Shown: piece by piece, positions 9,116 to 20,702 of the stretch
How the letters are laid out: each line of letters starts with the position of its first letter
Numbering within the stretch: the first letter of the stretch is position 1
Assembly: GCA_965649825.1 (NCBI GenBank)
Contig: OZ287708.1
Location: 734,880 to 759,371, forward strand
Source: Penicillus capitatus
Lineage: Eukaryota > Plantae > Chlorophyta
DNA length: 24,492 nt
Reading direction: 5' to 3'
Made by a program: the position numbers and the translations under genes
The notes under the pieces: model-generated
Database searches by the model: none
Told to the model about the DNA's origin: nothing
Seen by the model: only the letters and a program-made list of their open reading frames with translations

Positions 9116-9952
9116 CTACGCCCGTCGCAAAGAGCCGCTGTCATGAGGCAGTTCCACTGAACAATGGACACTGTGTCTGTCTGCCGGTCGTTCGACGAGT
9201 GCGCGGCTGTAAGGAAACAGACGTCCTGAACGTCCCTTTGACATTACATCGAGACACGGATTGTTTTTCGCGGCAGACGAGAAACGTCGGACGCCATCTC
9301 CGATACGACTGGATCCATCACGTCCTCCACGACACACGCACGCGTGATGTGGAGCGGGAGGCCCCTTCGCGAAATCGAGCGGCCGTCGCTGCGTCTTCCG
9401 CCTGGACAAGGACGACAGAGATCTCCATCCGAGAGCCGTGTCGTCAAAGAGAGGCAGAGGTAATTTCAGAACGAAGGTCCTGTTGATGATCATCGTTCTG
9501 GGACCGATGCCCTTGAGGATCTGGCATGTCTCGTCGAGGCACAGTTCCAGCAGCACCGTGCCGTCTTCCGTGCGAAACACCATGTGTCCCGCATCGTCCG
9601 GCGCTGCGCAAAGGCAGATGCGTCCATCTGCCAGTGCCTGCGGCGGCCAGGGCCACCGCACTTGGCACAACTGGACAGAAGCCGTCCGCGAGAGACGCTG
9701 GTCTCTGTCGCGACAGCCCTCTACAGCCAGCAGACACAACACACTTGCCATTTGCCGCTGTTCTTCGGAGCGCTGTCCGCGACCTGTGCCTGGCGGAGAT
9801 GCTATATCTGCTGTGCCGCCCCTGATTCGAACGCTCTTCTCGTCTCTTCTCTCCCCGGAGTCGTCACGTTGACACGCGCGTTTCCGCGTCTGCGTCTGCG
9901 CGAGAGCACGGACAATGGGGAATGCGAGTCCGCCGCCGAGCGCATTGCCCAA
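9116..9952 (-). other. Unassigned 278-codon ORF, possibly a gene remnant
   Basis: Longest non-repeat ORF in the window. Its central part (GRICLCAAPDDAGHMVFRTEDGTVLLELCLDETCQILKGIGPRTMIINRTFVLKL) has protein-like alternating beta-strand patterning. No family recognised and the start codon is not ATG. Confidence 0.25.
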
Positions 9953-11233
9953 TTACCCTCGCCGGAGAACGAACTCGCTCGGCCGCCTGAGACACACCAG
10001 CGACAGGTGGTGACTCCTGCATGTCCTCATTGGGTTCTGGATGCTTGTCATTGGTCCCGAAGATGGCGGAGGCGTCTGAGACGATCTTGCCGGGTCTCAT
10101 GCGCGATCCCTGAATGACGCCTTTCAGAAGGACGACACCGATGCTGTCCTGCGATTCGCGACGCTCTTTCTGCCTCTGGAGAAGCGAGAAGACGGATCTC
10201 AGCTCCGGGGATTTAGAATGCGAGTGGCACGTACGCTTCAGGAGGCTTACCAAAAGCTCTCGGCGGCGTCAGAGTCGCGCTCAGCAGCTTCGCCCTTTGT
10301 CGGCCGTCTTTCAGATCTCCTTCGTTCTGTGGCTGTCGCGGTCGACAGCCATCAACAGCAGGTTTGGACGCCGTCGTGTACGCCATCCACACGTAAGACG
10401 CCAGACGGCAGGTTTTCGCGGATGCATCTGGCAAAGATGCTGCCATGCACACGGTGCTGCACCTGCACGGTGAATGCGATCCGTACGGATGCCGCGTCTT
10501 GAAGAGATCTCCGGAAGATCGAAACCCGAAGAGCATCGTTCAAGACATCAGTCTACGCAGAAAGAAGGAACCCAGTCAGTACCTAACGAAACGTCGGCGC
10601 TTCTCATTCGAACTGTTTGTCAAACAACAGGCGCCGTCGGCGGAGCCGCTTCCATCCTGGATCCAAGAAACGCGGAAACGACTTTGCCTGAGATACTGTG
10701 TCTGGTGCGTCGCCGCGAGGAGTGCAACGATCTCACGACGAACAGAGTGCTTGACGTCTCGCGTCCACATCCTCCAACACCGTCCAAGTCAGATCCAGTG
10801 TCCGGCATTATCTCTGAACCCGAATCCCAGGTTATCCAACCTGTGCGAAAGTCGAATAGGGTTGGCTCAGTCGTGAACTGTCCGGCTATCGTGTCACCCA
10901 TGAAGGAGGTTCTAGGTGGAACCTAGATAACGTCAAGAAAGCCATCAGCATCAGCAAGCAGGCCTGCCTCGGTAGGGCTTAGGGGTGGGAGGCGGATAGC
11001 TATCAGATTTCTGGCAGCTTGGTGACCTCTGCGGCGGGCGATGTCTTCTTCATCTTCCTTAAGTGCAATGCGCGCTATCTCTTCGCACGACGTCCCTTGT
11101 GTCTGTGCCGTGATGTCGTTGATGCACAACCTTTGACGAAAGAGTGCTTTGCCGCGCTGCAGAAATCAAACAACAACGGACCGACATCCTTCTTCCTCGA
11201 CGCCGTCCTTTCCGACCAATCGGTCTAATACTA

Positions 11234-12046
11234 TGAGTGCCATACACAGAATGGAATCAAGGATAGCAGGCCGGAGAGGAAGTTCAGTTGTTCAGTCAGT
11301 TTCTGAAGAATTTGCGCTTTTCTTTACTCAAGTCTGAACTTCGAGGCGCGCATCGCAGACGCGTTTCGGATCCCGAACGAAAGGGAAATCGCATCTTCGC
11401 TTTTGGTCGCGCTTCGAGAACAAGAGAGTCGACATTTGGAGCGAGAAGAGTGTGAATCGGCAGATGATCTGCAACGATGGTCAGGGGCCTTGAGCGTCTG
11501 CTTTCTGCCAAGAGTGGCCATCTTAGCGACGCCATGATGGCAAAGCTCATGTCAGTGTGGCAAGAGAACGCAAGTATGGACTGTCGACTCAATGAGAGGA
11601 CGTTCGAGCGACTCGCCGAAAGCGAGACCTGGGCCCGTCGCATTGTCGCCGCTGTTCGCAGATTGTCGACAGCTCTCGAGGCAGCGTTCGTCCCCGACAA
11701 CCACTCGGAGGTCACGCGCTCGCTTCTCCGGAAAGGGAAGAGACTGTACCGCTTTGTGCAGATCCTGAATCGCGTGCTGCAGTCCTCTGTCTCCAGACGT
11801 GAAGCCTACTTTATGAAGAAGACGTTTTGTCAGTTAGGAGGCCTGCAGTTCGACAGAGACATCCGACTTCCACTTTCGCACTTCTCCGAGATCTATCAGA
11901 TCTCTGTCCGAGAGAGACTCGCACGTCTGACGCAGATGGCTACCATTTTGTGCTTCGAGAGCGTGGAGCAGATACTGGACTACCGGGAGATAAAGGAGAG
12001 AGCATCAACTGGCGATCGAGTCCAGTCGAAATCGAAACCATTCTGA
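11234..12046 (+). pseudogene. Frameshifted remnant of an unidentified helical protein gene
   Basis: Protein-like segments in successive frames (MSAIHRMESR...FFTQV / FEARIADAFRIPNEREIASSLLVALRE...DLQRW / VRGLERLLSAK...QMATILCFESVEQILDYREI). No family recognised. Confidence 0.3.
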
Positions 12047-12579
12047 AACTGCGCCGCGATTATAACGAGGCCGACATCCCAGCCCTGCTGCTTTGACAAT
12101 GCTTTCTGTCCCGTTTCTCGTGCTTGATGACGACGCGAGTCGACGTCAAGAGATCGATCGAACGTTGCAGCGCCTGGAGGAACTGCGGGCACAACAAGAA
12201 CAGAATACCAAAGCCTGTCACGATAGGTCGGTGTACACACGACAGCTGTCTCGGCCATTTAGGTCCCTGTGAATGCGGCCGGATTCTTTGAAGTCCGGTG
12301 CTGCAAGCAGAACGTGTTTTCGTCGATCTTGGCCGTCAATACGTGGCAGAGTGCTCGGCAGATCAAGCCGAGGCCATTCCTACACGCAGCCGACATTTCC
12401 CTGCGTTTCCCTCTCTGTCGTGAATCCGGCAGGAATGACTAGCTCGCAACAGAGCCATCGGAGAAAACATGCATATCTAAAGAAGCCGATGCGCGCCAAG
12501 AGAGTGGAGCAGCCGTCCAAGCCATGCGTCTTCCCTTAGAAGATGGTAACGAGCTTCACGATGAGACCCGCCTGAACAA

Positions 12580-12835
12580 CGCCCACAGCAATAGTCGGGA
12601 ATGCGTCGACATCTAGCGTTCCGTCGCCGGCTCGTAACTCGCTCTCGACGAATGTTAAAGAAATGGAACTCGACTGTTTACAACGCTTGTAAAAAATGTC
12701 ATTTTTTCTTCAAAAAGCGAGATGTCAAGCGAAACGTTGTCAAAAAGTGATTCGCGAAGGATAGAATGTATAATCACCACAGAGTCTGTAGAGAAAGAGT
12801 AAGAAAGTGCAATACCGTGAATAGAGAACTTGCGG
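12580..12835. other. Conserved A/T-richer leader-like block abutting array B
   Basis: Homologous to 640-896. Ends in GAATAGAGAACTTGCGG (12819-12835) directly before the first hairpin unit. Confidence 0.75.
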
Positions 12836-15689
12836 CAGCGACAGCCGCCGCGCATCCACAGAGAGGCGGCAAGTAAAATATGACTCTGGCCTTTGGTCTT
12901 CAAGGTCGCAGTCTGCGCGACAGCCGCCTCGCTGTGGATGCGAGGCGGCAGGTAGATCGACTTCGGGCTCCGGACATCCAGGTCGCAGTAGTGCGACAGC
13001 CGCCTCGCATTTACGGCGAGGCGGCAGGTATCACGACTACGGCCTCAGATCAACTCCAGGCCGACAGGTAAGGCGACTACGGCCTTCAACGGCCTCCATG
13101 TCGCAGGAAGGCGACAGCCGCCTCGCATCCACGGCGAGGCGGCAGGTAAGACGACTTCGGCATCCAGCTCGCAGGTAAGAAGAGAGCCGCCTCGCATCCA
13201 CAACGAGGCAGCAAATAGGCGACTGTCGCCTCCAATGATCTCAGCGGCGAGGCGGCAAGTAGGTTGACAGCTGCCTCACATTCACGACGTGGCGGCAGGT
13301 AAAACGACTTCGGCATCCGTGTCGCAGATAGTGCGACAGCCGCCTCGCATATCCGGCGAGGCGGGGCGTAAGACGACTGCTGCATCCAGGCAGTAGAGCA
13401 GCAGGTAAGGCGACCGCCGCCTCGCATTCACGGCGAGGCGGCAAGTAGGACGACTGCGGCATCTAGACGTAAAGGTCGCAGGTGGATCGATAGCCGCCTT
13501 GCATCCACAGCGAGGCGGCAAGTAGGACGACTGCGGCATCTAGACGTAAAGGTCGCAGGTTGATCGATAGCCGCCTTGCATCCAGGGCGAGGAGGCAGGT
13601 ATGACGACTGCGACCCCGATCGGCGAGGCCGCAGTTTTAGCGACAGCCGCCTCGCATCATCCTTTGTAAGGCGGTAGGTATGTCGACAGACTTCTCCAGG
13701 AGTCTTCAGGGCGGCAGGTAGGACGAGAGCCGCCTCGCATATGCGCCAAGCGGCAGGTAAGACGAGAACCGCCTCGTATTCTCGACGAGGCGGCAGGTAG
13801 ATCGACTTCGGCATGCTTTAAGGTCGCAGGCTGTGCGACAGCCGCCTCGTATCCTCGACGAGGCAGCAGGTAAGACGACTTCGGCTTTTGGGCTTAGAAG
13901 TCGCAGGTTGTGCGACAGCCGCCTCGCATCCACGGCGAGGAGGCAGGTATGACGACAGCGGCATCCAGTTGTCCTTGAGGAGGCAGGTATGACGACTGCA
14001 GCATCCGGGCATCCAGACAGCAGGTACGACGACGGCCGCCTCGCATCCACGGCGAGGCAGCAAATAAGCGACTGTCGCCTCCAATGATCTCAACGGCGAT
14101 GCGGCAGGTAAAACGACAGCCGCCCCGAATACACGGCAAGGCGGCAGATGTGATGAGTTCGTCTCCGAGCATCCAAGTCGCAGGTAGTGCGACAGCCGCC
14201 TCGCATCCACGGCGAGGCAGCAGGTAGGTCGACAGACTCCCCCAGGAGTCTTCAGGACGACAGGTAAGGCGACCGCCGCCTCGCATCCACGACGAGGCAG
14301 CGGGTAAGATGACTCCGAACTCAGATCAACTCCAGGCCGACAGGTAAGGCGACTACGGCCTTCAACGGCCTCCAGGTCGCAGGCAGTGCGACAGCCGCCT
14401 TGCATCCACAGCAAGGCGGCAGGTAAAACGACTTCGGCATCCAGTAGTCTTCATGACGACAGGTAAGGCGACAGCCGCCTCGCATCCAAGGCAAGGCGGC
14501 AAGTAGACGACAGCCGCCTCGTATCCTCGACGAGGCAGCAGGTAAGACGACTTCGGCTTTTGGGCTTAGAAGTCGCAGTTTGTGCGACAGCCGCCTCGCA
14601 TCCAAGGCAAGGCGGCAGGTATGACGACTTCGGTCTCCGGGCTTCAAGATCGCACGCAGGCAGTGCGACAGCCGCCTCGCATCCACGGCGAGGCGGCGAG
14701 TAAGACGACTGCAGCGTTCAGGCAGCAGATCAGCAGGTTAGGCGGCGGCTGCCTTGCATTCACAGCAAGGCAGCAAGTAGGTCCACTGCGGCCTTCGGGC
14801 TTCCCAGGTCGCAGGTAGGTCGACCGCCGCCTTACATTCACAGCAAGGCGGCCAGTAGACGACAGGCTCCTCGTATTCTCGACGAGGCGGCAGGTAAGTC
14901 AGTTGCAGCGTCCAGGCAGTAGGGCGACAGGTAAGGCGACCTCCGCCTCGCATCCTGAGCGAGGCGGCTAGTGAGTCGACTGCGGCCTCCAGTTGTCTTC
15001 AGGGCGGCAGGTAGGACGAGAGCCGCCTCGCATATACGCCAAGCGGCAGGTAAGACGAGAGCCGCCTCGCATATACGCCAAGCGGCAGGTAAGACGAGAA
15101 CCGCCTCGCATTCACGGCGAGGCGGCAGGTAGATCGACTTCGGCTTTTGGGCATCCAGGTCGCAGGCATTGCGACAGCCGCCTCGCATCCATAGCAAGGC
15201 GGCAGGTAAGTCGATAGACGCCTTCAGTAATCTCTAAGGCGAGGCAGCAAGCAGGCGACTGCCGCCTCGCATATACGGCAATGGGGCAGGTAGGACGAGG
15301 GCCGCCTCCAGTGATCTCCAAGTCAACGCAGCAAGTTGGCGACAGCCGCCTCGCATACACGACGAGGCGGCAGGCAAGACGACTACGGCATCGGATGATC
15401 GTCAAAGCGGCAGGTAGGACGAGAGCCGCCTTGCATCCACGACAAGACGGCAGGTAGGACGACTGATGTATCCGGGCATTGATGTCTCAGATATTGCGAC
15501 AGCCGCCTTGCATCCACGGCAAGGCGGCAGGCAAGACGACTACGGCATCGGATGATCGTCAAAGCGGCAGGTAGGACGAGAGCCGCCTTGCATCCACGGC
15601 AAGACGGCAGGTAGGACGACTGATGTATCCGGGCATTGATGTCTCAGATATTGCGACAGCCGCCATGCATTTACGGCAAGGCGGCGGCA
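12836..15689. repeat. Mosaic hairpin array B (roughly 35-40 hairpin units)
   Basis: Same unit vocabulary as array A in a different order. Internal tandem duplications have periods of 77 nt (13441/13518), 39 nt (~15012-15090) and 157 nt (15365/15522). Confidence 0.95.
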
Positions 15690-16690
15690 GGTAGATAGAC
15701 ACAGTAGCCTCCTGGCATCAAAAACGCCGAATCGGACGTGGCAGCCTCCCAGGCGTCAGAACTCTAGCTTCCAGTCAGCAAGGCATCAGGTAAATAGACG
15801 CGGCAGCCTCCGGACAGCAGACGGCAGGTCAGGGCACTCCAGCTTCCAGGTGGCAATCCGACAGGTAGGGCGACAGCGGCCCCCATCCACAGCGAGGCCG
15901 CAGGTAGAACGAGATCGACTGCGGCCTTCATCTACATTACGCAGCAGGTAGACTGACTAGGCATCCTCCAGTTAGCAGACGGTAGGTTTGGACACTCAAA
16001 CCTCCAGGTGGCAGGACAACCAGTCCGGACACGACAGCTCCGCGCGGCAAGACCAGCAGGTTGGATCCTCCGGGCAGCAAAAAGCAAGACACGGCAGCTC
16101 CAAGCAGCAAGACTGCAGATGGGATCCTCCGGGCAGCAATACAGTGAGTCGGACACTCAAGCCTCCGGGCATCAAAACGCCAAATCGGAAGTGGCAGCTC
16201 CAGGCAGTAGGTAGAAAGAACTGCAGCCTCCAGACGGCAAGGAAGCAGGTAGAAACACATGGCAGCCCTCGGGGCAGCAGAAAACATGTTAGGACACTCC
16301 AGTCTCCAGGTGGCAAGACAAGCAGATCGGATTCGGCAGTTCCAAGCAGTAAGACAACAGGCAGGGTTCTTCCGGGCAGCTAAATAGGTAAAAGGCACTC
16401 AAGCCTCCGGGCAGCAGGCAGACTGACTAGGCATCCTCCAGTCAGCAGACGGTAAGTTTGGACAGTCCAGCCTCCAGATGGCAAGACAAGCAGGTAAGAC
16501 ACGGCAGCTCCAAGCATGTAAAACAGCAGATGGGATCCTCCGGGCAGCTAAACAGGTGAACAGGATGGGCAGCCTCCAGTCAGCAGAAATGACAAGTAGA
16601 ACGACGCCAGCAGCCATCCGAGGTAAAACAAAGAATGAAACACTCCAGCCTTAGGGCGAGCAAAACAGCAGATCAGGCAACGACAGCCTC
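15690..16690. repeat. Degenerate gene-proximal sub-array B
   Basis: Recurring CAGCCTCCGGGCAGC, GGACACTCCAG, CAGACTGACTAGGCATCCTCCAG and GGATCCTCCGGGCAGC words; homologous to 4385-5100 but longer. Confidence 0.85.
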
Positions 16691-16835
16691 CGTGTAAAAA
16701 CAGTTGACACAGCCATCCACAGCAAAGCGTAGGTGGAATGGCGTAAACAGTAACAAAAAAACAGCCCTACCTCTTTTTGTTTTTTTTTCAAATTATTCAG
16801 CTCAAAAAAGAAAACAGCGTCCGAAAAAAAGGCCC

Positions 16836-17997
16836 TTAGGCAGACCAATCGTTGATATAAACCTACACAAAAAGCACGTTAACAGAGAGAAAGAATAGAA
16901 GAATGACTTACACATTCGCCCGACAAAAAGAAAAGGCGCTCAGGAATTGCAGGACCCAGGCTAAGACACTCGCCAGATAGGAAATACGGTCTAGGCGGGA
17001 TGCCAGGATACCTGACCGAAAAGATGAAGGGGCGAGGGGGGATTGGAGATGGGCAGGGAAGGCAAAACTTAGAGGTGCGTGCAGGAAAGAGAGGTGGGAA
17101 AAAAGGGAAGGAAAATTTAAAAAGGCGCGAAGGGATCGTAGGAGGAGGGGACGCGGGTATGCAAAAGACCTGTGGACGAGGGGGGAAGAGCGGCGGCTTG
17201 ATGGGCTGGGCGGTGGGAGGGGACATGATCGCTGTAGGCTGCGAGGAGGGACAGGATGACCAGTCCATGGCGGCTACGCACGGCGGCTGCGATGATGCCA
17301 GAGGTGGCGCGTGCGACCACTCCATCTGCGGCGGCCCGGCCGGCTGGGATTGAGGAGGAGCGTCTGCCGCCACGGCTGGCGGTGCTCTCGGCACTGAGGC
17401 TGCTGGTATCTCGGATGAAGCCGGAGGTGGGCACGGCTGCGGCGAAGATGTCGGCTGCTGAGATGCTGCAGGCGGTGGTGATGCAGGCTGTGCGGGAGGC
17501 GGAGGAGCAGCAGGCTGGCCCTGTTGGGCCAGCCGCGCTCTCCTGTCCTCCGAGGACAGGACTCTGGCCCGCCGCATAGGCCGAGCCTGTGCGGTTTGGT
17601 CCCTATTGGGACCAAACCGGACAGGAGGGGTCTGCTCATCGAGCACCTGTTGACCCCTGAGAGCGGTCGTCTGGGTCTTGAGGTCCCAGAACAACCGCTC
17701 TCTCTCGGCCTCGGCCATCCCCTCGAAGGCCCTGGGCGGTCTGTTGCCCAGGACCTCCGCCAGTGTTACCTGCGCAAACCTACAAGACACACAAGGGTCA
17801 GAGATGTCTCGAAGAGCAGACGCGCCGCGCGCTACGGGGCTTCTCGACTGCAGCCGGACGCATGCGTGCGCATGAAAAGCGTTCTGGCCGCAGTCGAGGA
17901 GCTCCGTAGCGCGCGGCGCGTCGAAACATGGCCAGTGGACTTACGGTCGTCCCGGATATCCGTAATCATCCTCGGTGGTCATGTACTCGTCAGCCAT
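16836..17997 (-). CDS. Three-exon orphan gene, copy B, 315 aa: MADEYMTTEDDYGYPGRP|FAQVTLAEVLGNRPPRAFEG...IPERLFFLSGEC|VYINDWSA*
   Basis: Exons 17997-17945 (53 nt), 17779-16912 (868 nt) and 16862-16836 (27 nt) sum to 948 nt, in frame. Intron 1 is 17944-17780 (165 nt; GTAAGT...CTGAC...TCTTGTAG). Intron 2 is 16911-16863 (49 nt; GTAAGT...TTAAC...GTGTAG). Intron positions and phases match copy A. Confidence 0.88.
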
Positions 17998-18063
17998 TGT
18001 CTTCGTCGTTTGCGCTCGGAGAAAAAACAGAAGAAACTCGAAACTCGAGTGCAGAAGGTCTGC

Positions 18064-18103
18064 GCGACAGGACCTTTATAGGCCGCCTCGGTTGCCGAGC
18101 GCG
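18064..18103 (-). promoter_or_regulatory. TATA-containing core promoter of orphan gene B
   Basis: TATAAA at 18080-18075 on the minus strand, about 83 nt upstream of the ATG; identical to 6534-6573. Confidence 0.75.
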
Positions 18104-18301
18104 GCCTGCGGGTGGCGGCTGGGAACCGTGGCCGTTCGGCGGCGCCTGCATGCGCCGCCGGACAAAGAAACGGCCGCCAGACATCCGGAAACGCAGGATG
18201 CTGCCGTCGGGATGCGCGACGCGAACGGGAGAGCGCTTCTAGAAGCTTTGCAAGGAGTTTTACAGGCAGGATTCTCTACAATTTGTTCGGCATGGACCTC
18301 T

Positions 18302-18730
18302 CTGAGTGTAACGCGCATGCGTTCTCTGCGGCCTCTCAGACGCGATTCTGCGAACGGCGAACCGTCCGAAGTCAGCTCTGCGTTGCCCGGGCAGAGGAAC
18401 GAGGCGGACGTTCTCGTCGGCAGGATCGGCACGGACTCTACGTCGAGACGGCCGTCTGTTTCGAGCGTCTCCGTCGCAAACGCCGTCGAGGGGACGTTCT
18501 GCGCGGTGTAACGCATGTCGGTTTGAGGAGTTGCCGTTGCCCCTAACTCCCTCGAACATGGAAGGCGGAACAGAACGGCCGGCCTTCTGCGACAACCAGA
18601 CGGCTGCGGAGTCGCCGTTTCAGTTTGCGCTCGCGCAAAGCGTCGGTAGACTGTTTCGGAAGTCGCCGGTCGCTCTGGCAAACGAAGTTCTATCGCGTCT
18701 CACATCGGCCTGACAGACTCGTCTGTCTGT
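18302..18730. other. Highly conserved upstream block B
   Basis: Homolog of 6771-7200; GTGTAACGC at 18306 and 18506. Confidence 0.7.
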
Positions 18731-18741
18731 GTAGTCATTGA

Positions 18742-19893
18742 CGACTTTCTCTGGCCAAAGAGTATGAGAAACCGGCAGAGCCTCGAAAAGAGCGCTCCTA
18801 GAGATCTGGATCTAGCTTTAGGCTGCAGCCAGCGAATTGCACCGAGCGCACGCCGGATGACAGAGAGTTTGGACGATTACGATCGACAGACGACTGTATG
18901 CAGGTGATGCGGTCAGATGTCTCTCTCTGGCCGAAGGACGCGTGCGGCGAAGCTAAAGTAGGCCAGATGGAGTCTGTTCTCGACCGCAGTCGGTGTCGCA
19001 GTGCTCGGATTGCCAGCCGTCTTCGGAGGAAGACTCTCTGGCATATTGCATGTGCTGTCGTCTTCCAAGAGCGATCGCTTCGAGCAACGATGCGTTGTCA
19101 GGTGACGAAAGCCGCTGTCAACAGAGTTACCAGAGGTGTGTTTCTCAGGGAGCCCCTCGGCTGTATGCTGGATTCGACGCTTTTGGCGGAGAGGGATTTT
19201 GGCCTTGTCGCACTTCTATTGAGATCGAACGCCTTGTAGCAGTGTTTGTTTGCATGGAACGAGGACTCCTGTCGAAAGGCGCATCCATTCACGGTCGCAA
19301 TCGCACAGCGCGACGAGATTGTTATGGCACTTATGGAAGATTCGTCGACTGTCGGTCCTGACTCCGGTATCGTTGAATCCGTGTTTTAGAAGACAGACAA
19401 CGACCGCGCGGACGACGATCTAGTGCTTGAATTCGCAAAGGCAGCTGACATGATTGCACAGACCGAGTACGTGATGCACGAGATGCACGAGATGCCTCGG
19501 AGGAGGACAGAGCCACGGAACGTTCGGAAAGCAACGCGGACGGTGAAGCATCAGACGATTCGGTCTCCGACAGCGAGGGACATCTCAGTCCAGCAGGTAT
19601 CCTCAGATAGCCTTGGAAGCAAGGACGGCAAAGAAAGGCGGCGTTTCGCCACGGCGCTGCTCACCAGTCAGGCGTTTCCCCTGTGCTCTGCTCCGACGTC
19701 CCTGCCGGTCACTCGACTCACCTGGAGGATGCGTCTGCTCCACAGCATCCTTCGGACGCAGCGCATTCTTCGGTGGAACCGATGCATCATTCGTCGGAGA
19801 CAGCAAGGGACGACGAAGCTGCCGCGAGCGATGGGAGTCACTCGACAAGACTCCGTAGACACTTAGGAGCTGTTGCGGAAGCATAACGCCGAG
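18742..19893 (+). pseudogene. Decayed ankyrin-repeat-like gene remnant
   Basis: One frame (ORFs 18898-19239 and 19423-19866 plus the gaps) runs >1.1 kb with few stops. It contains ankyrin-like fragments KTLWHIACA, FGLVALLLRSNA, HPFTVAIAQRDEIVMALME and GTTKLPRAMG...*ELLRKHNAE. Recognised by eye only. Confidence 0.45.
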
Positions 19894-20149
19894 AGGTCTC
19901 CGGGATGGTGGACGTCTCTGACGTCAGGAACCCCGCCAACCGACGAGGCCGAGTGATCAACGACCGAAGGCGCTGCCCACTGTCGCCCACTAGCACCCTT
20001 AAAAACTTGTTACAAGACAAAAAACGTTTCGTTCTTGTCTCGGTGCAAAAGGACCACCGACCTCAGGACTGCATCCACGTGTCTTCGATGCATTCAAGCC
20101 GGTCGACGCTCTCCTGGCCCTAGAGGTATCCTTGAGTCGCAGCCGCCGC

Positions 20150-20702
20150 GAGGGATCCGCATGTCTCTCGACCCACGGATGGTCGAAGACCCGTTCGAGC
20201 TGGATTCTCTCTTCGCCGTTCCTGCGTAGAAGCTGGACAGGTATCGATCAACATCCGCACATCTCGCGGAAAGAACACACCTTTGAGCTCGGATCGTGGC
20301 CATCCACATTGACTCTGGGCTCCTACTGGAAGTGAATGTCGACCGCGCAGATCCTGCGGTAAAGTCTACTGGCGAGTGTGATCTGCGTGCAGAGCTGGGC
20401 GATATGTGAGCGCTACAATCTCGACTTGATCTCCGCCTCACGTTGCGTCTGGCACTCGGCCCTGTGTGTTGCCGCCGCCATGTGTTGTTTGTTTGTTCGC
20501 TGAAAGCGGCACAGACACACTAAGAAGACGGAGATCTCTTCTATCGACCGCCTTGAGGTGAAGACGGATTTGGGTTTGCGTTCCCGGGCGACGTAGACTC
20601 GTCCGACCTCGCCTGCATCCAGCAAGCAGTGTATTCATTTCGGCTTCCTTGAGTGGATGTTAATCCGTCTGGAACCTGCTGCGTCGCGTCGAGACGCCAT
20701 CT
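20150..20702 (-). pseudogene. Aurora-kinase-like pseudogene with internal deletion and a retained intron
   Basis: The frame reads LDAGEVGRVYVARERKPKSVF...QTQREAEIKSRL*RSHIAQL (cf. Aurora GKGKFGNVYLAREK...[20 protein letters not shown]), then directly LYRRICAVDIHF*...DGHDPSSK|LLRRNGEERIQLERVFDHPWV (cf. TYKRI...ARDLISRLL...R..L..VLEHPWI). A 48-nt GT-AG intron lies at 20280-20233 and stops lie at 20413-20415 and 20323-20325. The HRD/DFG/APE segment is absent. Confidence 0.75.

Larger units (their letters stand above)
12540..18730. repeat. Copy B of the duplicated module (~6.2 kb)
   Basis: Same order and orientation of blocks as copy A. The offset changes from ~11940 at the leader to ~11530 at the upstream block because the array lengths differ. 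Confidence 0.9.

Noticed and set aside
897-15689. CRISPR array call for the hairpin arrays
   Set aside because: The spacer-like units are not unique: they recur within and between arrays and share ancestry with the hairpin unit. No cas genes are present, and the context is eukaryotic with spliceosomal introns.
600-18730. Classical LTR or TIR transposon call for the module
   Set aside because: No terminal repeats, target-site duplication, PBS/PPT or enzyme ORF were found, and similarity fades gradually at both ends. The copies are too long and internally complex to be called LTRs without further evidence.
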